The notes under the pieces are model-generated. The model had not been told where the DNA came from, did no database searches, and saw nothing but the letters and a program-made list of their open reading frames with translations. DNA of 64,000 nucleotides from Kiritimatiellia bacterium (lineage in GTDB: Bacteria > Verrucomicrobiota > Kiritimatiellia > CAIQIC01 > Lenti-01), in NCBI GenBank assembly GCA_017458625.1, contig JAFTAH010000072.1, positions 6,828 to 70,827 on the forward strand, in the 5' to 3' direction. The position numbers were made by a program, and so were the translations under genes. This document shows, piece by piece, positions 56,604 to 64,000 of this stretch (positions within the stretch are counted from its first letter, which is position 1; every line of letters begins with the position of its first letter).

Positions 56604-56968
56604 TAGAGCACCTCCGGGGCAAGGGAAATCACCTTCATGTAGTTCATTTCGCGCAACTCGCGGGCCACCGGTCCGAAGATGCGGCTGCCGCGCGGGTTCT
56701 TCTGGTCGTCGATGAGGATGACCGCGTTGTGGTCGAACGAGAGCGTCGAGCCATCGGGCCGGCGGATAGGGGCCGCCGTCCGGATGATGAGGGCCTTGGC
56801 GACCTCGCCCTTCTTGACCATGCCGACGGGCTGGCATTCGCGGATCGACACCTTGATGATGTCGCCGATGTGCGCCACCGTCTTGCGCTGGCCCAGGACC
56901 TTGATGCACTTGGCCAGACGGGCGCCCGTGTTGTCGGCGACCGTCAGTTCGGTTTCCATCTGGATCAT
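56603..56968 (-). CDS. rplN: 50S ribosomal protein L14
   Basis: [26 protein letters not shown]...[24 protein letters not shown]. Confidence 0.92.
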   Translation of the reverse strand: MIQMETELTVADNTGARLAKCIKVLGQRKTVAHIGDIIKVSIRECQPVGMVKKGEVAKALIIRTAAPIRRPDGSTLSFDHNAVILIDDQKNPRGSRIFGPVARELREMNYMKVISLAPEVL

Positions 56969-57303
56969 GCCTTCACCTCGCTTCCATCGGCGCGAACCTG
57001 GATCTCGACCAGGCGCCAGCGCTTCGTCTTGCTCAGCGGACGCGTCTCGGCGATGAGCACCTTGTCGCCCTTCTTGGCCTGGTTCTTTTCGTCGTGGACG
57101 TAGTACTTCTTGCTACGGCGCAGGAACTTGCCGTAGATGGGGTGCTGGATGCGGCGCTCGGACGAGACGATGATGGTCTTGTCCATCGCATCGCTCACCA
57201 CGATGCCCACGCGCTGCTTGCGGTTGTTCTTGCGCGCCGCAGGGGCGGCGGCAGCCGCCTCGGGGGCAGCCGGAACCGCGGCTTCGTTAAGTTCTTCGGT
57301 CAT
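56965..57303 (-). CDS. rpsQ: 30S ribosomal protein S17 (with Ala-rich N-terminal extension)
   Basis: [45 protein letters not shown]...[23 protein letters not shown]. Confidence 0.9.
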   Translation of the reverse strand: MTEELNEAAVPAAPEAAAAAPAARKNNRKQRVGIVVSDAMDKTIIVSSERRIQHPIYGKFLRRSKKYYVHDEKNQAKKGDKVLIAETRPLSKTKRWRLVEIQVRADGSEVKA

Positions 57304-57306
57304 GTC

Positions 57307-57501
57307 TTATGCTTCCTTCCTGGACTCGTTGAGGATGGTGCGAATGCGGGCGACCTCGCGGCGCGCGGCACGCAGGAGGACGGGCTTCTCGAGCTGGCCC
57401 ATGGCCTTCTGGTGACGCAGGCTCGCCAGTTCGGCCTCGGCCTCGGTCAGCCGCTGCGCCTGCTCTTCGGCGGTCAAGTCGCGAATCTCTTTGGCTTTCA
57501 T
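57307..57501 (-). CDS. rpmC: 50S ribosomal protein L29
   Basis: MKAKEIRDLTAEEQAQRLTEAEAELASLRHQKAMGQLEKP. Confidence 0.9.
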   Translation of the reverse strand: MKAKEIRDLTAEEQAQRLTEAEAELASLRHQKAMGQLEKPVLLRAARREVARIRTILNESRKEA

Positions 57502-57522
57502 CGGTGCTTCTCCTTCCGTGCG

Positions 57523-57942
57523 CTAGAGGACGATGCCGCGGCGAACGAACTGCGTGTGGATCGGGAGCTTGGTCGCGGCCAGCCGCAGGCATTCGATGGC
57601 CTGGGCCTCGCTGACGCCGTCCATCTCGAAGAGGATACGGCCCGGACGGACCACGGCCACCCAGCCCTCGACAGCGCCCTTGCCCTTGCCCATGCGGACT
57701 TCCAGGGGCTTCTTGGAATAGGACTTGTCGGGGAAGATGCGGATCCAGAGCTTACCATGGCGCTTCATGGCGCGGTTCATGGCCACGCGGCACGCCTCGA
57801 TCTGGATGTTGGTGATCCAGCAGCGCTCGGTGGTCTTGAGGCCGTATTCGCCGAAGGCCAGCGTGTTGCCGCTCATCGAGTTCCCCTTGCGGGACCCGCG
57901 CTGGCTCTGGCGGTACTTGACGCGTTTAGGCATGAGTGGCAT
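57523..57942 (-). CDS. rplP: 50S ribosomal protein L16
   Basis: [49 protein letters not shown]. Confidence 0.92.
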   Translation of the reverse strand: MPLMPKRVKYRQSQRGSRKGNSMSGNTLAFGEYGLKTTERCWITNIQIEACRVAMNRAMKRHGKLWIRIFPDKSYSKKPLEVRMGKGKGAVEGWVAVVRPGRILFEMDGVSEAQAIECLRLAATKLPIHTQFVRRGIVL

Positions 57943-58609
57943 GGCTACGCTCCTTTCGCTGCGTACGGGCGGCGGGAATCACGTCGCCGTTCGGGTTCTG
58001 GCAGATCCAGCACTTCACGCCGATCTTGCCGACCATGGTGTGGGCCTCGGCAAAGCCGTACTGCACGTCCTCGCGGAGCGTCTGCAGCGGAACCTTGCCC
58101 TGCATGTAGTGCTCGGTGCGCGCCAGCTCGGCGCCGCCCAGACGACCGCAGGCCTGCACCCGGATGCCCAGGGCACCGGTATCCATGGCCAGCTGCATGG
58201 CGCGCTTCATGGCACGGCGGAACGCGATGCGGCGCTCCAGCTGCGACGCGATGGACTCGGCCACCAGCTGCGCGTTCGAATCCGGATTCCGGACTTCCTG
58301 GATGTCGATGTAGACATCCTTGCCCGTCGCCTCCGTGATCTTCTTGCGCACTTCGTCCGTCCCCTCGCCCTTGTGGCCGATGAGGACGCCCGGACGCGCC
58401 GAGTAGATGTGGATGCGGACCCGGTTCTGGTGACGCTCGATCACCACGTCGGAAATGCCCGCCTCCTTCAGATACTTCGCAATGATCTGCCGGATGAGCA
58501 AGTCCTCGTGCAGCATGTCGCCGAACGCCTGCTTGTCCGCGAACCAGCGGCTCTTCCACTGCTTGTGGACCGCCGTGCGGAACCCAATCGGATTAACTTT
58601 CTGGCCCAA
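57926..58609 (-). CDS. rpsC: 30S ribosomal protein S3
   Basis: [27 protein letters not shown]...KH2 domain. Confidence 0.92.
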   Translation of the reverse strand: MGQKVNPIGFRTAVHKQWKSRWFADKQAFGDMLHEDLLIRQIIAKYLKEAGISDVVIERHQNRVRIHIYSARPGVLIGHKGEGTDEVRKKITEATGKDVYIDIQEVRNPDSNAQLVAESIASQLERRIAFRRAMKRAMQLAMDTGALGIRVQACGRLGGAELARTEHYMQGKVPLQTLREDVQYGFAEAHTMVGKIGVKCWICQNPNGDVIPAARTQRKERSHATHA

Positions 58610-58619
58610 TGTGTGCCTC

Positions 58620-59039
58620 CTAGCCCTTAATGACCAATCCCTTAATCAACTTTTCCGTGGCTTTCTTCGACGGCTTCTCGTCCATCAGGGTGACGGAGAT
58701 ATGGCTCGTCTTCTTCCGGATCGATGCCGCGCTGCCCCGGGCCCGTGGCCAGTAGCGGGGGAACGTCGGCCCGTTGTCCACGACGGCCGATGCCACGTAG
58801 AGATCGTCCGCCGACATCTGTCCGTTGTTTTCCGCGTTCGCGATTGCCGACTTCAGCGTCTGCCCGATGCATTCGGCAGCCTTCCGCTTGTTCAGCTCGA
58901 CCACCCGCAACGCCTCGGCCACGCTCAGGCCCGTAATCGCCCGCGCCAAGTCCCGCGCCTTCATCGGCGCCAGCCTGACGAACTTGCTGGTCGCGACGAA
59001 CGTGCGGATCGGTTTCTGCTTCTTGCTTTCGCTTTCCAT
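58620..59039 (-). CDS. rplV: 50S ribosomal protein L22
   Basis: TFVATSKFVRLAPMKARDLARAITGLSVAEALRVVEL...ASAVVDNGPTFPRYWPRARGSAASIRKKTSHISVTL. Confidence 0.9.
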   Translation of the reverse strand: MESESKKQKPIRTFVATSKFVRLAPMKARDLARAITGLSVAEALRVVELNKRKAAECIGQTLKSAIANAENNGQMSADDLYVASAVVDNGPTFPRYWPRARGSAASIRKKTSHISVTLMDEKPSKKATEKLIKGLVIKG

Positions 59040-59040
59040 G

Positions 59041-59829
59041 TCATTTTCCTTCCGGACCGGCCGTGCCTGCCAGCACCGCCCGGTCCCCGGGTTTCGGCCC
59101 CTCTGCGTCCGCCATCTCCTCGATGGCCGCGCCGGAGAGCACCTCTCTCACATCAATCACCCGCAGCCTCGCCACCTTGCGCCGCCCCCGCAGAACCGTC
59201 AGCGGGAGGCCATAGCGCACGCCGTGGCGCGAGCCCAGGTCGACGACTGCCAGTCCCAGCTCCGGATTCACGTCCACGACTTGCCCTTCGAGGGGCCCGT
59301 CGAGGACTGGATCCTCGGCCGGAGGCGGCATCCCGGATGCCGCATTCGCATCCAGTGCCTCCATTGCCTCGGCCAGGCGGCGTCCCAGCAGCTCGGCCCG
59401 GGCTTCCAGTCTTGCGTTCTCCTGACGAAGTGCCGCAAGTTCGGCCCCGAGCCGTGCCACCGCAGTTTGCGCCTCACCGGCCAGCAACTCCAGCAGCTCG
59501 TCTCCGTTGTCTTTCACTCCCCCGCCGGTCTTGCGGCGCCCCTCCGCACCGGCCGCCTCGGTCACTTCCGTGGCCTGGGCTTCCTGCGCGGACTGCACCA
59601 CCGTTCCAGCGGTTGTCTCCGCCTTCTCCCGGACCGCCGTGGGGGTCGTTGCCGACCCCTTTTGCACTGAATCCGGGAGGGTAGAAGACGTTGGCGTGTC
59701 AGCCAACGGTTCAGTAATCAAATCATCTTCCAGGCGCCCATGCAAGAAAAAAATGATTCCCGCACAAGCGATCGCTCCGACGACCGCAGCCCCGGCAAAG
59801 GCCAGGGCTTGCCCGACGAAGCGGCGCAC
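59041..59829 (-). CDS. membrane-anchored coiled-coil protein of unknown function inserted between rpsS and rplV in the S10 operon (262 aa, GTG start)
   Basis: GTG at 59829 preceded by a GGGGATGGGG SD-like stretch, 17 nt after the rpsS stop; stop at 59041 is 1 nt before the rplV ATG. N-terminal TM FVGQALAFAGAAVVGAIACAGIIFFL, central coiled coil LAALRQENARLEARAELLGRRLAEAMEAL, C-terminal ~90-aa domain (GQVVDVNPELGLAVVDLGSRHGVRYGLPLTVLRGRRKVARLRVIDVRE). Coding is not fully certain because overlapping frames in this GC-rich stretch are also open. Confidence 0.55.
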   Translation of the reverse strand: MRRFVGQALAFAGAAVVGAIACAGIIFFLHGRLEDDLITEPLADTPTSSTLPDSVQKGSATTPTAVREKAETTAGTVVQSAQEAQATEVTEAAGAEGRRKTGGGVKDNGDELLELLAGEAQTAVARLGAELAALRQENARLEARAELLGRRLAEAMEALDANAASGMPPPAEDPVLDGPLEGQVVDVNPELGLAVVDLGSRHGVRYGLPLTVLRGRRKVARLRVIDVREVLSGAAIEEMADAEGPKPGDRAVLAGTAGPEGK

Positions 59830-59845
59830 CGCCCCATCCCCGCGG

Positions 59846-60130
59846 CTACTTCAGCGCGACGGTCTTGTCCGTCGCCGCGCCGTGATGGCGGAACGTACGC
59901 GTGGGCGCGAATTCGCCCAGGCGGTGACCCACCATGTTCTCGGTCACGAACACGTTCGTGAACACCTTCCCGTTGTGGACGTTGAAGGTATGTCCGACGA
60001 ACTCCGGCAGCACCATGCTGCGGCGCGACCAGGTCTTGATCGGGAGCTTCTTCCCGCCCTTGTTCATCGCTTCCACCTTCTTCATCAGGTGGTCTTCGAC
60101 GTACGGGCCCTTCTTGATCGAGCGACTCAT
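59846..60130 (-). CDS. rpsS: 30S ribosomal protein S19
   Basis: [55 protein letters not shown]. Confidence 0.93.
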   Translation of the reverse strand: MSRSIKKGPYVEDHLMKKVEAMNKGGKKLPIKTWSRRSMVLPEFVGHTFNVHNGKVFTNVFVTENMVGHRLGEFAPTRTFRHHGAATDKTVALK

Positions 60131-60957
60131 TACTTCTTCCTCCTCTGCACGATGAACTTGCTAGACGTCTTGCGCGGGTTGCGGGTGCGCTTGCCCTTGG
60201 CGAGCTGGCCCCACGGCGAGACGGGGTGGCCGCCGCCGGACGACCGGCCTTCGCCGCCGCCCATGGGGTGGTCCACCGGGTTCATCGCCACGCCGCGCAC
60301 GGTCGGGCGGATGCCCTTCCAGCGCTTGCGGCCGGCCTTGCCCATGGACTCGTTCTCGTGTTCCAGGTTGCCGACCTGCCCGATGGTCGCCAGGCAACGC
60401 ACGCTGACCTTCCGGATTTCGCCGGAGGGGAGGCGGATCTGCGCATACTTGTCGTCGCGGGCGGCGATCTTGGCCACCATGCCGGCGCTGCGGGCGAGCT
60501 TGGCGCCGCCGCCGGGGTTCATCTCGATGCAATGGACGTTCATCGACAGCGGGATGGCCGACAACGGCAGGGCATTGCCCACCGCCGGCTCCGCCTTCGG
60601 GCCGCTCATCACGGTGTCGCCGACCTTCAGGCCGTCCGGCGCCAGGATGTAGCGCTTTTCGCCGTCCGCATAGGCCAGCAGGGCGATGCGGGCGCTACGG
60701 TTGGGGTCGTATTCCAAGGCCTGGACCTTCGCCGGAATGTCAAACTTCTGGCGCTTGAAGTCCACCAGGCGCAGATAGCGCTTGTGCCCGCCGCCGCGAT
60801 GGCGGATGGTGATCCGCCCCTGGGCGTTCCGGCCGGCCTGGCCCTTCTTGATCACCCGCAGCTTGCGCTCCGGGCGCTTCTTCGTCAATCCGTCAAAATC
60901 CGACAGCGTCGTGAAGCGAAGACTCGCTGTCCTTGGCTTGTATTTCTTCAGTCCCAT
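60130..60957 (-). CDS. rplB: 50S ribosomal protein L2
   Basis: [26 protein letters not shown]...[29 protein letters not shown]. Confidence 0.93.
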   Translation of the reverse strand: MGLKKYKPRTASLRFTTLSDFDGLTKKRPERKLRVIKKGQAGRNAQGRITIRHRGGGHKRYLRLVDFKRQKFDIPAKVQALEYDPNRSARIALLAYADGEKRYILAPDGLKVGDTVMSGPKAEPAVGNALPLSAIPLSMNVHCIEMNPGGGAKLARSAGMVAKIAARDDKYAQIRLPSGEIRKVSVRCLATIGQVGNLEHENESMGKAGRKRWKGIRPTVRGVAMNPVDHPMGGGEGRSSGGGHPVSPWGQLAKGKRTRNPRKTSSKFIVQRRKK

Positions 60958-60969
60958 GACTCCACCTCG

Positions 60970-61248
60970 CTATGCCGTTTCGATCGTGTTCCCGGACTCG
61001 AGCGTCACCACGGCGCGCTTCCAGTCCGACGTCCGGCCCGGCGTCCGGTTGCGGCCGACGCGCTTGGCCTTGCCCTTGCGCATCATGGTCCGGACATCCT
61101 TGACCTTCACCTTGAACTCCTGCTCCACCGCCTGGCGGATCTGGAGCTTGTTCGCTGCCTTGTCGACCTCGAAGAGATACGAGTTCGTGGCCGCCTGCAT
61201 GGCGGTGCCCTTCTCGGTCACCAGTAGCTTCTTGATGATGTTCTGCAT
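60970..61248 (-). CDS. rplW: 50S ribosomal protein L23
   Basis: [49 protein letters not shown]. Confidence 0.9.
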   Translation of the reverse strand: MQNIIKKLLVTEKGTAMQAATNSYLFEVDKAANKLQIRQAVEQEFKVKVKDVRTMMRKGKAKRVGRNRTPGRTSDWKRAVVTLESGNTIETA

Positions 61249-61251
61249 CGT

Positions 61252-61884
61252 CTATTCCTCCTCCCCCGCGCGCGCCGCCAGCACGTCCAGGCCTTCCGCG
61301 TCCGTCAGGACCACGGGATACCTGAGCATCTGGTAGGTGTTCACCTGGCTGGCCGTCGTGACTTCCGCGTCCGGCAGATTCCGGGCGGCACGGCTCAGCT
61401 TCTCGCTGGTCTGGCCGGTCACGAAGAGCGTGGCCTTGCCATCCGCCACCTTCTTGAGCAGCGGGACCAGATTCCGGGTCTTGGGCTCCACGTCGGCAAG
61501 ACCTTCCGCGACCGCGATCGTCCCCTCGACGACCTTGTCCGAAAGGACGCGGCGGAACGCGAGCGCGACCACCTTCTTGTTGACCTTCTTCGAGAAGTCG
61601 CGGGGATGCGGGCCGAAGACCACGCCGCCGCCGCGCAGGATGGGCGAACGCCGCGACCCCTGCCGCGCATTGCCGCTGCCCTTCTGCTTGTAGGGCTTGC
61701 GGCCGCCGCCGGACACGTTGGCCCGAGTCCGCGTCGAAGCCGTTCCCGCACGCTTCGCGGCCCGGTAGGCCGTGATCACGTCGTGCACCGCCTGCTCCCC
61801 GCGGTCGGTCACCAGCAGCTTGTCCGAAAATTCCTTCTCGCCGATGCTTTCGCCGGCGAGGTCATATACCTTGATCGTACTCAT
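61252..61884 (-). CDS. rplD: 50S ribosomal protein L4
   Basis: [44 protein letters not shown]. Confidence 0.92.
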   Translation of the reverse strand: MSTIKVYDLAGESIGEKEFSDKLLVTDRGEQAVHDVITAYRAAKRAGTASTRTRANVSGGGRKPYKQKGSGNARQGSRRSPILRGGGVVFGPHPRDFSKKVNKKVVALAFRRVLSDKVVEGTIAVAEGLADVEPKTRNLVPLLKKVADGKATLFVTGQTSEKLSRAARNLPDAEVTTASQVNTYQMLRYPVVLTDAEGLDVLAARAGEEE

Positions 61885-61890
61885 GTCCGT

Positions 61891-62526
61891 CTACGCCTTC
61901 TTGATTGCCTTCCGGACCATCACCAGGCCGCCGTTCGGCCCCGGGACCGCGCCCGCCAGCAGGATTGCGTTGTCTTCCGGCATCACCTTCACCACGCGCA
62001 GGTTCTGCGTCGTGACGTTCGCCGAGCCCATCTGGCCAGGCAGCCGCTTGTTCTTGAACACGCGGGCAGGCCACTCGCGGTTCCCGATCGAGCCCGGACG
62101 GCGCGTCCAGGCCCCGCCGTGCGTTTCCCGGCCGCCGGCCATGCGGAAGCGCCGGATGACGCCCTGGAAGCCGCGGCCCTTGGTCTTGGCCAGCACGTCC
62201 ACGTAGGCCACGCCTTCGAAGATCGAGGCCGTGATCGTGTCGCCGACCTTGGCATCCTCGCCCTCGTCCAGGCGAACCTCGCGGAGCACGCGCTTGGCGC
62301 TCACGCCAGCCTTCTCGAAATGCTTCTGCTGGGCCTTAGCCAGGCGCTGGGGCTTCTGGTCCTCGAACCCGAGCTGCACCGCCTCGTAGCCATCGCTGGC
62401 CACGGTCTTGCGCTGCACCACCGCGCACGGTCCGACCTGCAACACCGTCACCGGCACCTGCACGCCGTTCTCGTCATAGATGCGCGTCATCCCCACCTTC
62501 CGTCCGATCAATGCTTTCATCTGCAT
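61891..62526 (-). CDS. rplC: 50S ribosomal protein L3
   Basis: [40 protein letters not shown]...[17 protein letters not shown]. Confidence 0.93.
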   Translation of the reverse strand: MQMKALIGRKVGMTRIYDENGVQVPVTVLQVGPCAVVQRKTVASDGYEAVQLGFEDQKPQRLAKAQQKHFEKAGVSAKRVLREVRLDEGEDAKVGDTITASIFEGVAYVDVLAKTKGRGFQGVIRRFRMAGGRETHGGAWTRRPGSIGNREWPARVFKNKRLPGQMGSANVTTQNLRVVKVMPEDNAILLAGAVPGPNGGLVMVRKAIKKA

Positions 62527-62534
62527 GCCCTCCT

Positions 62535-62840
62535 CTACAGCTTGATCTGGATGTCCACGCCAGCCGGGAGGTTCAGCTTCTTCAGCTCGTCAACCGTCTT
62601 GGCCGTCGGGTCGATGATGTCGATCATCCGCTTGTGCGTGCGGATTTCGAACTGTTCCATCGACTTCTTGTCCGCGTGAACGCTACGGTTCACGGTATAC
62701 CGCTCGATCCGTGTAGGCATCGGGATCGGCCCTGCCACTTGGGCGCTGGTGCGCTTGGCGGTGTCCACGATGTCCTGGGCCGACTGGTCCAGCATCCGGT
62801 GGTCGAACGCCCGCAAGCGAATTCTAATGCGTTGTTTCAT
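62535..62840 (-). CDS. rpsJ: 30S ribosomal protein S10
   Basis: [78 protein letters not shown]. Confidence 0.93.
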   Translation of the reverse strand: MKQRIRIRLRAFDHRMLDQSAQDIVDTAKRTSAQVAGPIPMPTRIERYTVNRSVHADKKSMEQFEIRTHKRMIDIIDPTAKTVDELKKLNLPAGVDIQIKL

Positions 62841-63032
62841 GCGTCTTTCTTTCGTTTACAGTCATGATCCAATGGTTCTGCGGCCTTGCCGTCGCCAGCT
62901 CTTCCGCACAGCCTTTGCGCCCTTGTGTCAGTCAAAGAACGCCCGGAAAGGCCCGTCGTGGGCCTCGCCGATGACCTTGCGGACCCGCGCACCCCACACT
63001 GGGTGCCCATGCTGGCCGCAAAATCGGCGCGT

Positions 63033-63060
63033 ATTCAACCACACCCATTTTTTTTGTCAA
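63033..63060 (-). promoter_or_regulatory. candidate sigma-70-type promoter of the S10 operon (TTGACA -35, 16-nt spacer, TTGAAT -10) in an AT-rich patch ~190 nt upstream of rpsJ; the 62841-63030 stretch would be the S10 leader
   Basis: Minus-strand reading gggagTTGACAaaaaaaatgggtgtggTTGAATac. Only sequence-level resemblance. Confidence 0.3.
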
Positions 63061-63407
63061 CTCCCTTTTTCGATTTTCCCCACTTTTTTCGTTTCGCGCG
63101 CCCTGGCGGCGCGGTTCACCGCCGCTCCCGCAACGGTTGTGGCGTCGGCAAAGAAGTCGTAACAGGTCGGATTGGCGGGTAGACTACGGGAAAGAGCCAT
63201 CTGGGCAAAAAAAGCGAAAAACGCCTTGTTTTACGTAAAATCACGACATTTCGGGAGTCGGAGAGAAGGCATTTTCCGCTGCCCTGAAGCGGCGACGGAA
63301 GGATCATGCGTCCACGATTCTTCCCCCCCCCGCTTTTTCGGTTGACAACACTTCTTCTTTCGTGAAAATCGGAACAGGCGGAGTCTCAAGGTCTGCCACC
63401 GACGGAA

Positions 63408-64000
63408 TGCCGCACGTGAAGAAACAAGTTTTACCGTTTTTGCCGCTGATTGCAACGATTGGCGGCGTTGTCGCCGCGTTGGCCGCGGGGAATCATCCGC
63501 CCGCCAGCGCCCCCGACGACATCGTGGTGCTGGGCGAGGTGGATTTGGCGGAGCGCGCGGAGATTTGGCGCAACCAATACCGCCGCATGACTCCCGGCGA
63601 TGGAACGTTCGTTCAGGATGTCGGCGCGTGGCCGGCGGCCTGGGAAGAGTTCGGCTCCCATTGGGACGCCGCCCCGGCCACGCGCGACTTGGCAACGTGG
63701 CTGGTTCCGGTGTCGGTGTCGCAGGAAAACGGTCTCACCGTCATTCGCGATGACGACGGGATGGTCCTCTGGAGCGGCGCGACGGACTTTGCCAAGCCGG
63801 AATCCGCCAACGTGACGCTGACCGGCGCTCTCGTGGACGAGCTCGAGTGGCCGTTGTACGACGCGGCACGCGATGAGATCGAGAGTCGGCTAGCCGCGAT
63901 GAGGATGGATGATGCCGGAGGCCTTCCCGGTCGGCACGGCCCCTACACGAACGGGCTGCGCTTCACGAACGCCTGGGAGGCGACGAACGGGGACTACCAC
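63408..64000 (+). CDS. 5' part of a secreted hypothetical protein (gene X') continuing beyond the window; full-length paralog of the truncated gene at 10117-10529
   Basis: ATG 63408 (MPHVKKQVLPFLPLIATIGGVVAALAAGN signal peptide). Open to the window end, so it is absent from the ORF track. 60-70% identical over ~120 aa to the 10117-10529 product. Possible TTGACA -35 at 63341. Confidence 0.65.

Overview
High-GC (~65-70%) bacterial chromosome segment, most likely Verrucomicrobia. Evidence: ftsA next to a divergent ftsZ (GGGTASG tubulin loop), a membrane-anchored FGE/sulfatase-modifying domain protein, an ECF sigma factor coupled to a Ser/Thr kinase, and an S10-spc ribosomal cluster lacking L30.

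The right third of the window (51.6-62.8 kb, minus strand) is the ribosomal protein cluster rpsJ-rplC-rplD-rplW-rplB-rpsS-[extra ORF]-rplV-rpsC-rplP-rpmC-rpsQ-rplN-rplX-rplE-rpsN-rpsH-rplF-rplR-rpsE-rplO-secY, closed by a clean rho-independent terminator. An unexpected 262-aa membrane-anchored coiled-coil ORF sits between rpsS and rplV.

The middle of the window is housekeeping: iorAB, ftsAZ, comEC, a nucleotide-sugar epimerase, pgi, argG, a VanX-like dipeptidase, a PLD-family protein, a macro-domain protein, a polar amino-acid ABC transporter, an ArsB/NhaD-type transporter with a PTS-EIIA/CBS regulator, thrC, nadK, map, cdaA-cdaR, a YfhO-like membrane protein, gdh and tRNA-Leu(GAG).

The left ~11 kb is accessory-like and the most interesting part:
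- a truncated glgP remnant abutting a tandem palindromic 27-32 bp repeat array and a low-GC orphan gene;
- a small secreted Cys/His-rich triple-repeat protein;
- a minus-strand cassette array (5.8-10.5 kb) of paralogous secreted proteins that share a near-identical N-terminal signal/beta-sandwich module but carry different C-termini, including a papain/CHAP-like amidase translationally coupled to a downstream signal-peptide protein (toxin/immunity-like);
- several intergenic repeat families: a CTAG-periodic 8-bp array (3 copies), a ~100-bp MITE-like hairpin element (3 copies), and a ~90-bp conserved upstream element (3 copies).

Many long Pro/Arg/Ala-rich ORFs in the six-frame track are GC-driven noise antisense or 5' to real genes and were not called. 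The ORF track also translates GTG/TTG starts as M, so several listed M starts are not ATG.
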